A DNA stretch of 64,000 bases from Candidatus Omnitrophota bacterium (GCA_003598135.1 QZKA01000019.1:41690-105689); one strand, 5' to 3'. Shown: positions 10,404-19,266, counted from the first letter of the stretch. The notes: a model not told the origin generated them from the sequence alone. Numbers and translations are program-made.

Positions 10404-12130
10404 CCTAAAATCTCCTTTATTTTCTGCTCCATAAAAGACTCCACCGCTTTTGCCGTAGATAAACTTAACGCCTCCTTGGCTATTTTTTTTGACTCCTCAA
10501 GCGTGACTGAGCGGATGATATATTTCAACTGAGGGATAGCCAGTGAATTCAAGCTGAATCCATCAAGCCCAAGGCCAAGAAGCATTAAAGAAAAGGTGGC
10601 ATCAGAAGCCATCTCCCCACACATCCCCACCCAGATATTATTGGCGTGCCCTGCCTCGATAATGTTTTTAATCATGCGTAACACTGCCGGATGCGCCGGT
10701 TCGTACAGGTAGGCCACTTTTTCGTTCGTACGGTCTACTGCCAGGGAATACTGAATAAGGTCATTGGTGCCGATGCTGAAAAAGTCGGCTTCTTTTGCCA
10801 ATAAATCCGCAGTTATTGCGGCAGAAGGAACCTCTATCATTACCCCTACTTCGATTGCGTCATTAAAAGCCGTTCCTTCGTTCCTGAGCTCCTCTTTGCA
10901 TTCCTTAAGAATCGAATTTGCCTGATTCAGCTCTTCGATCCCAGAGATCATCGGGTACATAAGCTTTAGTTTTCCGAATGCCGAAGCGCGCAGTATGGCC
11001 CTTAACTGTACCTTAAAGACATCGGGACGAGCAAGGCAAAAACGTATGGCGCGCCAGCCAAGGAATGGTTGCATTTCTTTCGGGATATCAAACTGCGAAA
11101 GAAATTTGTCTCCGCCCAGATCAATCGTACGTATGACGACCCCGTAAGGGTTCATTTGTTCGGCAACATACTTATAGGCCTGAAAATGCTCTTCTTCGGT
11201 AGGTAGGTCTTTTCTGTTCATATAAAAAAACTCGGTGCGGTAAAGCCCGATGCCCTGCCCTCCATGGAGCTTGACTGACGATATATCCTCAGGAAGCTCG
11301 ATGTTTGCTGAGACTTCGACAGTCTTCCCATCAACGGTCACTGCGGGTAAATCCTTAACCGCAAGGAATTTTTCTGAAATCCCTTTAAGCTTTTGCTCCT
11401 CCTGGCGATAGAACGTGAGCGTCTCTTCATCGGGATTTACCGTGACCGTACCCATAGTGCCGTCGACAATCAGTAAGTCGTTATTTTTAATACGGGTCGT
11501 CGCCATTTCTAACCCGACAACCGCCGGAATCTCTAAGGATTTCGCCATAATAGCGGTGTGGGAGGTTTTTCCTCCGATATCGGTAACAAATGCGGATACC
11601 AGTTGTTTATGCATAGCGGCAGTATCCGAAGGAGAAAGATCATGCGCTACCACAATCACTTTCTCTTGTAAGTCCGCCAGGCTCTTCTGTTTCTTACCCA
11701 AAAGGTTACGTAATACCCTCCTGCCCACATCGTTCAAATCAGCGGTACGTTCTTTTAAATAATCGTCTTCTATTTTGGAAAAAACCTCGATATATTTTTT
11801 TAAAACCTCGGAAAAAATAAAAGCAACGCCTACCATCTCCTTCTTCAGCCGCGAAATCACTTCTTCTATAAGCATGCGGTCTTCTAGAACCAAGAGGTGC
11901 GCGTCAAATATCTGGGCTTCTTCCTGCCCCATATCAAAACTGATTCTTTTCTGAAGCTCAAGTATTTCTCTGCGCGTCTGAATTAAGGCCTCTTCAAAAA
12001 GCTGGATCTGTAAGGGAATATCTTCGGGCTTAATCTGCTCGCGGACAATATCAAATTCTTCCTTCCCGAACCTGTACGCAGGGCCAATGGTTATCCCCGG
12101 AGCAGCAGCAATCCCTTTTAGTTTTAGCAT
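10400..12130 (-). CDS. ptsI: PTS enzyme I (PEP-protein phosphotransferase)
   Basis: GGKTSHTAI phospho-His, GIGLYRTEF, DLGGDK, LGWRAIR, SIGTNDL, GMCGEMA. Confidence 0.96.
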   Translation of the reverse strand: MLKLKGIAAAPGITIGPAYRFGKEEFDIVREQIKPEDIPLQIQLFEEALIQTRREILELQKRISFDMGQEEAQIFDAHLLVLEDRMLIEEVISRLKKEMVGVAFIFSEVLKKYIEVFSKIEDDYLKERTADLNDVGRRVLRNLLGKKQKSLADLQEKVIVVAHDLSPSDTAAMHKQLVSAFVTDIGGKTSHTAIMAKSLEIPAVVGLEMATTRIKNNDLLIVDGTMGTVTVNPDEETLTFYRQEEQKLKGISEKFLAVKDLPAVTVDGKTVEVSANIELPEDISSVKLHGGQGIGLYRTEFFYMNRKDLPTEEEHFQAYKYVAEQMNPYGVVIRTIDLGGDKFLSQFDIPKEMQPFLGWRAIRFCLARPDVFKVQLRAILRASAFGKLKLMYPMISGIEELNQANSILKECKEELRNEGTAFNDAIEVGVMIEVPSAAITADLLAKEADFFSIGTNDLIQYSLAVDRTNEKVAYLYEPAHPAVLRMIKNIIEAGHANNIWVGMCGEMASDATFSLMLLGLGLDGFSLNSLAIPQLKYIIRSVTLEESKKIAKEALSLSTAKAVESFMEQKIKEILG

Positions 12131-12131
12131 G

Positions 12132-12395
12132 CTATTCCTCTTGATTAATAATCTTTTCTAATGCTTCCATTGCCAGCTCTGCATCATGGCCTTCGATCTC
12201 GATCATGATCTGACTATCCTGTTCCGCGCCCAGCATCAAAATTCCCATGATAGACTTTCCGTTTACTTCCTCATCGTCTCTTCTGACGGTGATGCGAGAA
12301 TCAAACTTATTCGCAATCTGCACAAAAAGCGCAGCGGGCCGGGCATGCAGACCTTGCTTATTTTTCACTGTTAATTTTTTCTTCACTGTTACCAT
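12132..12395 (-). CDS. ptsH: HPr phosphocarrier protein
   Basis: 87 aa; GLHARPA (His15) and NGKSIMG (Ser46). Confidence 0.95.
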   Translation of the reverse strand: MVTVKKKLTVKNKQGLHARPAALFVQIANKFDSRITVRRDDEEVNGKSIMGILMLGAEQDSQIMIEIEGHDAELAMEALEKIINQEE

Positions 12396-12403
12396 TCAGC
12401 GCC

Positions 12404-13672
12404 TCAAAGTTCCTCAATAAATCCCATGATTATTCTTGCAAGCTTCAAAGGGTCGTGCCTAACCACATTATCGGTAATGGAAACTATATCTTCCAAGATA
12501 ACGCGGTATCCCATATTCTCGATACTTTTTCTGTCGCTAAGCACAGGGAGAGCCCCTTCGCTCTCATAGCGCTTGAGTATCGAAGAAGGGATAACGCCGG
12601 TATTGACAATACAATAGTCAAGAACCCTTGGATGGCTGTGTGCAACAAGGTTCTTTACGTGTGCGGAGGCGCTAAAACTATCTGTCTCCCCCGGTTGAGT
12701 CATGATATTACAGACATAGACCTTGGTTGCCTTCGCAGAACCAAGCGCATCCGTTATGTCCTTCACCAAAAGGTTCGGGATAATGCTCGTATACAGAGAT
12801 CCTGGGCCCAAAACGATAATGTCGGCGTCCTCGATAGCCTTAATCGCCTCAGGGGTCGCCTCAGGATGCTCGGGCTTAAGAAACACTCGTTCGATTGAAA
12901 TGCGGGCTTTTGGGATTTTGTCTTCCCCTTCGGTAATCGAGCCGTTTTGGTGTTGCGCAACCAGAATCACGTTATTTAGGGTAGACGGTATTACCTGGCC
13001 GCGCAGGGCTAATACCTTGCTTGTTTCCTTGATCGCCTTTTCGAAATCACCCGTAAGCCTCGTCATGACGGTGATGAAAAGATTCCCGAAGCTGTGACCC
13101 GCAAGCTCAGAGCCTTTTTCAAAACGGAACTGAAACAACTCCCTCATAAGGGTAGAGGCATCTGCCAAGGCGACCAAGCAGTTACGTATATCACCGGGAG
13201 GCAGGATATCAAATTGTTGCCTCAGGCGTCCGGACGACCCGCCGTCATCGGCAACGGTAACGATTGCCGTAATATTAGAGGTGTATTCTTTTAAGCCGCT
13301 TAAAAGCACTGAGAGGCCTGTCCCTCCCCCAACAACAGCGATACGCGCCCCGCGGCCTAACTGCCTTCTCTGGTATAAAATATCAACGAGCACATCCGAT
13401 CTTGAAGACGGCACAATAGCGCCGATTAAGGACTGAGCCATGCGTTTAAAACCCAATATCAAAATTATGATTCCTGACAGTATTACGATTACATCTAAAA
13501 TCTTATTGATGAAGTATTCCTCGGCGTACCTAAAAAACAACGCACCGGTGACGATAAGGATCACCCCCAGAGAACTCAGTCCGATCCATCGTTTAATACC
13601 AATACCAGGAGAAAGCCATTTAAATATGCTCTTTCCTCTCGCAACCAGCATAATAAAGTTAAATTTTTTCAT
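12404..13672 (-). CDS. yvcK: YvcK/GlmR (CofD-like) family protein with N-terminal TM helices
   Basis: GGGTGL, VTVADDGGSSGRLR, PPGDIRN, GHSFGNL, GPGSLYTS, NIMTQPGET, RHD; hydrophobic N-terminus. Confidence 0.92.
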   Translation of the reverse strand: MKKFNFIMLVARGKSIFKWLSPGIGIKRWIGLSSLGVILIVTGALFFRYAEEYFINKILDVIVILSGIIILILGFKRMAQSLIGAIVPSSRSDVLVDILYQRRQLGRGARIAVVGGGTGLSVLLSGLKEYTSNITAIVTVADDGGSSGRLRQQFDILPPGDIRNCLVALADASTLMRELFQFRFEKGSELAGHSFGNLFITVMTRLTGDFEKAIKETSKVLALRGQVIPSTLNNVILVAQHQNGSITEGEDKIPKARISIERVFLKPEHPEATPEAIKAIEDADIIVLGPGSLYTSIIPNLLVKDITDALGSAKATKVYVCNIMTQPGETDSFSASAHVKNLVAHSHPRVLDYCIVNTGVIPSSILKRYESEGALPVLSDRKSIENMGYRVILEDIVSITDNVVRHDPLKLARIIMGFIEEL

Positions 13673-14126
13673 CTTCTTGGCTTATGACCTTGATAATACC
13701 TTCCCGGTCCTGGCAAATGCGCAGATTATCTCGAAAATGTTTGTCTTTAAAAAGCCGCGAGATGCGTGCCAGGGCTTTCAAATGCGGGCCGGCGGAATCC
13801 TGGGGTGCAACCAGCAAAAAGAATATATATACGTGCTCTCCGTCAAGAGAATCAAAATCTACCCCCTTGCGCGAGAGCCCGAATGCCCCTACCAGCTTGG
13901 TTATGGATTCAGATTTAGCATGAGGGATAGCGATTCCCTGCCCAATGGCAGTAGAACCAAGGGATTCCCTCTCCATAAGGGCCTCAATAAGCTTATTGCT
14001 ACCGGATTTGTCAATATCCCCAGCCTGTACCAATGCATCCACCAATTCTTTGATTACCTCTTCCTTTTTGGTGGATTTAATATCGGGTAATATTGCCTCT
14101 TTTGATAGAAAATCCATGATTTTCAT
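13659..14126 (-). CDS. ptsN: PTS IIA component, Ntr/fructose family
   Basis: Start moved to MKIMDFL (the longer ORF overlaps tRNA-Gly); RESLGSTAIGQGIAIPHA, DFDSLDG, HLKALARISR; AGGAG upstream. Confidence 0.88.
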   Translation of the reverse strand: MKIMDFLSKEAILPDIKSTKKEEVIKELVDALVQAGDIDKSGSNKLIEALMERESLGSTAIGQGIAIPHAKSESITKLVGAFGLSRKGVDFDSLDGEHVYIFFLLVAPQDSAGPHLKALARISRLFKDKHFRDNLRICQDREGIIKVISQEDEKI

Positions 14127-14156
14127 ACTACCTTCTCCTTTCCTTCTGTCAGTCAA

Positions 14157-14232
<76 letters not shown>

Positions 14233-14384
14233 ATGAATACTTTTAAATTTTTTCCCGCTCAACATCCCAATAGATAAGCCTTGACGCAACGTGAATGATA
14301 ATGTTTTTATATGAGAAAATTTTCTGCGTTTTTCCTCTTACTATTTTTACCCACTCACCCCTTTCCTGTCGCATCATGTTACTT

Positions 14385-14554
14385 CTACCGACAGGGATCC
14401 GTTTCGCACCCTTAAGCTGATTGGAAACGGAGATCCCCGCCCTCTATTCAATTTCATGCATTATGCGGACGGAGGTCCCGTTTCGTACAATCAAGGTGAT
14501 TGAAACGGGAGAACCCCCAACTGGGTTCAACTCCATGTAAAATGCGGACGGAGG
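14385..14554. repeat. Diverged 79-bp tandem repeat containing the tRNA-Leu 3' end and a CCGTTTC-N17/18-GAAACGG hairpin
   Basis: ccgtttcg at 14399 and 14478; atgcggacggagg at 14463 and 14542 (period 79); about 70% identity between units by hand alignment. Confidence 0.75.
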
Positions 14555-14626
14555 GAGTTGAACCCCCAAGGCATTGCTGCCATTAGGTCCTAAGCCTAAC
14601 GCGTATGCCAGTTCCGCCACGTCCGC
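14543..14626 (-). tRNA. tRNA-Leu(TAG)
   Basis: GCGGACGTGGCGGAACTGGCATACGCGTTAGGCTTAGGACCTAATGGCAGCAATGCCTTGGGGGTTCAACTCCCTCCGTCCGCA; long variable arm; no encoded CCA. Confidence 0.96.
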
Positions 14627-14628
14627 GT

Positions 14629-14649
14629 CCTTAACCTTAGCCTTAACCT
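14629..14649. repeat. Hexamer microrepeat, second copy
   Basis: ccttaaccttagccttaacct versus ccttaacctcagccttaacct at 7656-7676. Confidence 0.55.
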
Positions 14650-14670
14650 ATTATAATACAAGAGCCCTCT

Positions 14671-14740
14671 ATGCGTTGCGCGTTTTGCGTGGCGTACTCG
14701 GCGTTATGCGTTGTACGCCCTACGCTTAACGCAGTACGCA
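14671..14740. repeat. Degenerate 7-mer array (TGCGTT-like) followed by its inverted copy
   Basis: atgcgtt gcgcgtt ttgcgtg gcgtac...atgcgtt then gtacgcc ctacgct taacgca gtacgca; the two halves are complementary. Confidence 0.65.
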
Positions 14741-14815
14741 TCCTCCTCGCTTAAGCCTGAATAAAGCTTTTGTGTATCGCTCGGAGTAAAATTTTTTACT
14801 GTGTAAAAAATTTTA

Positions 14816-14888
14816 TGAGCCACCCGCGACTCGAACGCGGCACACCCACCTTAAAAGGGTGGTGCTCTACCAGATGAGCTAGTGGCCC
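14816..14888 (-). tRNA. tRNA-Lys(TTT)
   Basis: GGGCCACTAGCTCATCTGGTAGAGCACCACCCTTTTAAGGTGGGTGTGCCGCGTTCGAGTCGCGGGTGGCTCA. Confidence 0.96.
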
Positions 14889-14946
14889 AAATCTATTGAC
14901 CTATATAGTATGAAGCCAGCGAGGGGATTATTATTCTCCGTGGCAA

Positions 14947-15507
14947 TTAAAACTCAAGGATCTCTTTTTCTTTATGCTTCAGCGATTCTTCTACGCTTGC
15001 CGTATAATGATCGACCAGCTTCTGCAAGGCATCTATGCCTTTGAACTTATCGTCTTCCGTAATAACCTTGTCCTTCTCCAGTTTTTCCAATTGTTCCTTT
15101 GCTTCCCGGCGCACTGTTCTCAACGAAACCCTTGCGGCCTCAGCCATCTTGTGTGCCACCTTCACTAATTCCTGACGCCTCTCTTTTGACAACTGCGGCA
15201 CAGATAACCTAATCACCTTGCCGTCATTAGAAGGGGTAATTCCGAGATTCGACTTAAGTATTGCCTTCTCGATATCTGCAATCGCCTGGGGATCCCATGG
15301 CTGTATCGTAACCAGATGGGGGTCAGGGATTGCTATCGAAGCGAGTTGCTTCAGTAAAGTAGGCGTACCATAATAATCAATGTGCAATCCTTCCACAAGG
15401 CTGGGACTTGCCCTGCCGGTCCTGACTTCCGAGAAATCGCGTTTCACAAAATCAATCACCTTCTTCATCTTCTCTTCTGTCGCATGCAATAATTCTTTGA
15501 TAGTCAT
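14947..15507 (-). CDS. frr: Ribosome recycling factor
   Basis: RTGRA, DYYG, IQPWD, LGITPSNDG; follows pyrH. Confidence 0.97.
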   Translation of the reverse strand: MTIKELLHATEEKMKKVIDFVKRDFSEVRTGRASPSLVEGLHIDYYGTPTLLKQLASIAIPDPHLVTIQPWDPQAIADIEKAILKSNLGITPSNDGKVIRLSVPQLSKERRQELVKVAHKMAEAARVSLRTVRREAKEQLEKLEKDKVITEDDKFKGIDALQKLVDHYTASVEESLKHKEKEILEF

Positions 15508-15516
15508 GACTTCCCC

Positions 15517-16245
15517 CTATCCGACAATGGTACCGACGCGTTTACCCATAACAACCCGCTTAATATTGCCCTGCCTATTGATATTAAATACCACTATGGG
15601 AAGCTTGTTATCCATACAAAGGCTTATGGCTGTCGAATCCATAACCTTTAATCTTTTCTTGAGCACATCGATATATTGCAAACGGTCAAATTTCTTTGCG
15701 TTTTTTACTTTCATCGGATCCGCCGAGTAAACACCGTCCACTTTTGTCGCCTTAAGGAGCGCGTCTGCATTGATCTCCATCGCCCGCAATGCAGCTGCCG
15801 TATCCGTCGTAAAATAGGGATTGCCTGTGCCTGCGACAAAAATAACCACCCGCCCTTTTTCAAGGTGCCGTATGGCCCTCCTGCGGATATAGGGCTCTGC
15901 GATCCTCTCCATTTCAATCGCGGTCATCACGCGCGTAGGCATATGCATTTTCTCAAGCACATCCTGCAACGCCATTCCGTTAATCACGGTAGCTAACATC
16001 CCCATATAATCGGCAACAGACCTATCCATCCCCAAGCCTTTCGAAGCAGAATTCTCCTGGCCGCGAAAAATGTTTCCGCCGCCAAGCACTAGCGCTATTT
16101 CAACACCTAGGCCCCTTACTTCTTTGACTTGGCGAGCGATAGAAAGTAATATTGAGTGGTCGATACCGTGGGATTGACTGCCTTGTAGGGCCTCGCCGCT
16201 AAGCTTAAGGATCACTCTCTTGTAGTGGGGACTGATGCGCGTCAT
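15517..16245 (-). CDS. pyrH: Uridylate kinase
   Basis: [38 protein letters not shown]. Confidence 0.98.
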   Translation of the reverse strand: MTRISPHYKRVILKLSGEALQGSQSHGIDHSILLSIARQVKEVRGLGVEIALVLGGGNIFRGQENSASKGLGMDRSVADYMGMLATVINGMALQDVLEKMHMPTRVMTAIEMERIAEPYIRRRAIRHLEKGRVVIFVAGTGNPYFTTDTAAALRAMEINADALLKATKVDGVYSADPMKVKNAKKFDRLQYIDVLKKRLKVMDSTAISLCMDNKLPIVVFNINRQGNIKRVVMGKRVGTIVG

Positions 16246-16769
16246 TAATCGCCAAGCCGGTAGCGGATAAACCTGCGGACAATAATATTTTCGCCAATCT
16301 TAACCACCAGACTCCCTAAATAATCATGTACGGTCATAGAAGAATCTTTTACAAAAGGCTGTTCAAGCAGGCATTTTTCTTTATAGAATGCCTGCTTGTC
16401 CTTCTCTTCCTTAAGAATGTCTGCAGGCACTTCTTCTTTTTTAATATACAGGGGGCTGCATGCGGCTATCTGCATAGCAATATCTTTGGTGAACTGGCAG
16501 AAATCGCTGTTTCTGGCCACAAAATCTGTTTCGCAATTTACTTCCACCAGAACGCCGAGCTTATTGCCGAGGTGTACATATGCCTCAATCCTCCCCTCGT
16601 GCGCCTTATCGTCCTTCTTCTTTGCGGCAAACTCAAGGCCTTTTTTCCTCAAATACTCAAGGGCCTTCTGGATGTTACCGTCGCTTTCCTGAAGCGCTTT
16701 TTTGCAGTCAGTCACGCTGGCAGAACTGCGAGCGCGTAAATCCTTAATCAATTCAAGAGATACCTTCAT
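16245..16769 (-). CDS. tsf: Elongation factor Ts, short form (174 aa)
   Basis: [35 protein letters not shown]. Confidence 0.95.
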   Translation of the reverse strand: MKVSLELIKDLRARSSASVTDCKKALQESDGNIQKALEYLRKKGLEFAAKKKDDKAHEGRIEAYVHLGNKLGVLVEVNCETDFVARNSDFCQFTKDIAMQIAACSPLYIKKEEVPADILKEEKDKQAFYKEKCLLEQPFVKDSSMTVHDYLGSLVVKIGENIIVRRFIRYRLGD

Positions 16770-16796
16770 AGCTCGACATTGCCTCCTTCGGAAATA

Positions 16797-17669
16797 TTAT
16801 TCTTTTTTATGAGGCGGTACGGGACGCCCTTTTTTGCCTGGTTTCTGTTCTCCTTGCGGTAACTCATCATTGCCTTCCACTATTTCTTCAAACGCCTTGA
16901 TCTGGGCTATTTCTTCAGGAAGAAGCTCTTCCTGTCTTTGGACTTTTTCCTTTAAAGCCGCACTTCCCTGAGAAAGATAAGAAAGAAACCTCTGTCTGCC
17001 CTCAATCGCGCAATCCGCAATAAAAGAAGTAATCGTTTGAATCGATTTTGTCGCGTCATCATTGCCTGGGATAGGATACGTGATGTGGTCGGGATTAGAG
17101 TTGGTATCGATGAGTCCGATAATAGGTATGGAAAGACGCAGCGCCTCTTTCACTGCCGTCTCCTCCTTCTTGGTGTCAACTACAAACATAGCGCCGGGCA
17201 TACGCTCCATCTGAACGATACCGGAGAAACTTTTCTTGAGTTTACCCAACTCTTTCTCGAGTAAAGCAACTTCTTTCTTGGTGAGGTTATTGAATATCCC
17301 TGTATCCTTCATCTGTTCAATTTGTTTTAAACGGGCAATGCTCTTCTTGACCGTGAAAAAGTTTGTCAGCAACCCTCCAGGCCAACGTTCGCTCACATAA
17401 TACATACCGCACCTACTTGCTTCGTGCTGGATTACCTCCTGGGCCTGCTTTTTTGTCCCCACAAAAAGCATGAGCTCTCCCTTAGAAGTAATATCTAGCA
17501 CAAAATCTTTAGCCTTATGCAGGCACTCCTCTGTTTTTTCCAAATCGATGATGTAGATACCGCTGCGCGAGCTGAAAATGAACTTCTTCATCTTGGGGTT
17601 CCAACGTGAGGTTTTATGCCCAAAATGTACCCCGGATTCCAATAGTTTTTTGATTAATTCTGACGGCAC
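16797..17669 (-). CDS. rpsB: 30S ribosomal protein S2 with C-terminal tail
   Basis: GVHFGH, WNPKM, VGTK, RWPGGLLTN, DTN, PGNDD; GTG start after GGAGG. Confidence 0.98.
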   Translation of the reverse strand: MPSELIKKLLESGVHFGHKTSRWNPKMKKFIFSSRSGIYIIDLEKTEECLHKAKDFVLDITSKGELMLFVGTKKQAQEVIQHEASRCGMYYVSERWPGGLLTNFFTVKKSIARLKQIEQMKDTGIFNNLTKKEVALLEKELGKLKKSFSGIVQMERMPGAMFVVDTKKEETAVKEALRLSIPIIGLIDTNSNPDHITYPIPGNDDATKSIQTITSFIADCAIEGRQRFLSYLSQGSAALKEKVQRQEELLPEEIAQIKAFEEIVEGNDELPQGEQKPGKKGRPVPPHKKE

Positions 17670-17727
17670 GCCTTACTCCTCCCTGTTAATAGTTAACTCT
17701 TTCATTCACATGCGAATAAAACAATTT

Positions 17728-17755
17728 AGTATAACACACTATCGCCATTATGCAA
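17728..17755 (-). promoter_or_regulatory. Putative sigma70 promoter of the rpsB operon
   Basis: TTGCAT-16-TATACT on the minus strand. Confidence 0.55.
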
Positions 17756-17785
17756 CTATTTTTATCAATCATTTTTTGCGTTTTT

Positions 17786-17950
17786 TTATCCTGGCCGCAT
17801 CCTCGGATGTCCTTTTTAAGTCGAAAACACCTAAAGAAGTCTTGCGGCATCTTCGTTATCCTCTATACAGATAAGGCCTTCGATCGGAAATGAACCTTCG
17901 GTAAAGCGGATTGGAATGCTGCGCGGAAAGAAAGAACTTCCTTGCTTCAC
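17786..17950 (-). pseudogene. Possible decayed response-regulator receiver fragment
   Basis: Minus frame from GTG 17950 gives ...GLICIEDNEDAARLL*VFST*KGH..., resembling the receiver N-terminus (LxxEDxxxxxxLLxxxLxxxG) with two in-frame stops. Confidence 0.25.
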
Positions 17951-17970
17951 AGGCCCCTGCTAAGAGCCTC

Positions 17971-18123
17971 TTATTCGTTTTCTTTAACGAATTTCTTGAT
18001 TTCTTCGATATTTTCCAAAATGAGCCTTGCCTTAGAAAGACCGAAGGAAAAAGGGTACCTGTCCTGTTCGTTTCTCCTTAGGATAATCACAGGTTTCCCC
18101 TGGAATTCGCTTCTTTCAACCAT
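17971..18123 (-). CDS. Small conserved-looking hypothetical protein (50 aa)
   Basis: Below the ORF-track cutoff: MVERSEFQGKPVIILRRNEQDRYPFSFGLSKARLILENIEEIKKFVKENE; GGAGG RBS; TTGAAT-16-TATAAT promoter (18179-18206); hairpin right after the stop. Confidence 0.8.
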   Translation of the reverse strand: MVERSEFQGKPVIILRRNEQDRYPFSFGLSKARLILENIEEIKKFVKENE

Positions 18124-18198
18124 TAAAGGCCTCCTTATGGTTTTGCGTCTCTTTTACGCGCGCATCTACCTTTTATGTATTATAGCATAGAAATAATT

Positions 18199-18597
18199 TT
18201 ATTCAATTTCAAGTAGCTTCCCGCGGGACCTCTTCTTCTTAGAATGCCTGCGTTTTGATTCAACCAGCAATAGCCTCAGGCGTTCTGGTCTTCTCCAGCG
18301 AGCCTTTTTTTCTTTTGTCCGCTCGGCAAGCTGACGCATCTCTTGCGCACGAAACCGCTGTTTGATCTTTTTAATAAGCACTTCCCAGGCAATCATCCGA
18401 TTCAACGACTGGGAGCGCTCCCTCTGACACCTCACCTCAGTGCCCGTAGGAATATGCCGCAACCATACACACGTTGAGGTCTTATTGACATTCTGGCCGC
18501 CAGGGCCGCGTGAACGAACGAACCGCTCCTCTACGTCTTCTGGACGAATCTTTAGATACTCCATTTCTTTCTTAAAAAACATCCTCTTCTTTCCCAA
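18199..18597 (-). CDS. Codon-independent peptidyl-tRNA hydrolase / release-factor homolog (ArfB-like)
   Basis: RSRGPGGQNVNKTST, QRERSQSLNR, very basic C-terminal tail. Confidence 0.85.
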   Translation of the reverse strand: MGKKRMFFKKEMEYLKIRPEDVEERFVRSRGPGGQNVNKTSTCVWLRHIPTGTEVRCQRERSQSLNRMIAWEVLIKKIKQRFRAQEMRQLAERTKEKKARWRRPERLRLLLVESKRRHSKKKRSRGKLLEIE

Positions 18598-18662
18598 TCT
18601 CTTTCCCTTTGAAAACCGGCGTACGGGTTAATAAAAAACGACTCCCCCCAACGGCAGCTACC

Positions 18663-19232
18663 TCATTGCCTTTGCACCATCCCGCTCATAGAGGGCATCT
18701 TTAGTTCTTTATACTCAGGGGGTATCTCAAATAACGATTCGGGCTGTTTCTCTGTAGTAATATTCCTGTATTCGGTTGACCAGCTTGCGTCTTCGGCAAC
18801 GGTCTTCACCGGCATCCCTATGCCCGGCACAAACCAAACAAGCATAACGTATTGCTTGCCTGCGGACTCATAGGTTATCCTATATTTCTCTGCAGACTTT
18901 CCATCCACTTCATCTTTACCCTCAAAGGTGCGCGAAACCTCTCCGGGGTATTTCTGCTGCATTCCCATAATCCGAGATAGATCCAAAGGCTGTTCCACGT
19001 ACATCCGCTCATCGGGAAGGAGAATCCAGGCTTTCCCGAGATCCATGCGGGCAATAATAACATTTCCCTGATTCTCTATCCTCATCTTATTAGGCGCAGA
19101 ACATATCCTCCCCTGTATTTGCACCCCCTGAGTCACCGTAAAAGTTTCTGCGCAGAATTCTTCTGCGAAAATTACCGAAGACATAGATAGCAAGAGCACC
19201 ATAGCGAAAAGCGTACGTATCGTCATCTGCAT
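18663..19232 (-). CDS. Secreted DUF4412/LolA-fold-like protein
   Basis: Signal peptide from MQMTIRTLFAM; KMRIE, GKDEVDGKSAEKYRI, LFEIPPEY; GGAGG upstream. Confidence 0.65.
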   Translation of the reverse strand: MQMTIRTLFAMVLLLSMSSVIFAEEFCAETFTVTQGVQIQGRICSAPNKMRIENQGNVIIARMDLGKAWILLPDERMYVEQPLDLSRIMGMQQKYPGEVSRTFEGKDEVDGKSAEKYRITYESAGKQYVMLVWFVPGIGMPVKTVAEDASWSTEYRNITTEKQPESLFEIPPEYKELKMPSMSGMVQRQ

Positions 19233-19266
19233 TTTCTTCCTACCTCCTGTTTTCTCCGCGCGCATC

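Noticed and set aside
14401-14506. CRISPR mini-array (two GTTTC...GAAAC units)
   Set aside because: Only two diverged copies, the intervening sequences resemble each other and the tRNA rather than being unique spacers, and there are no cas genes. Better described as a tandem repeat.
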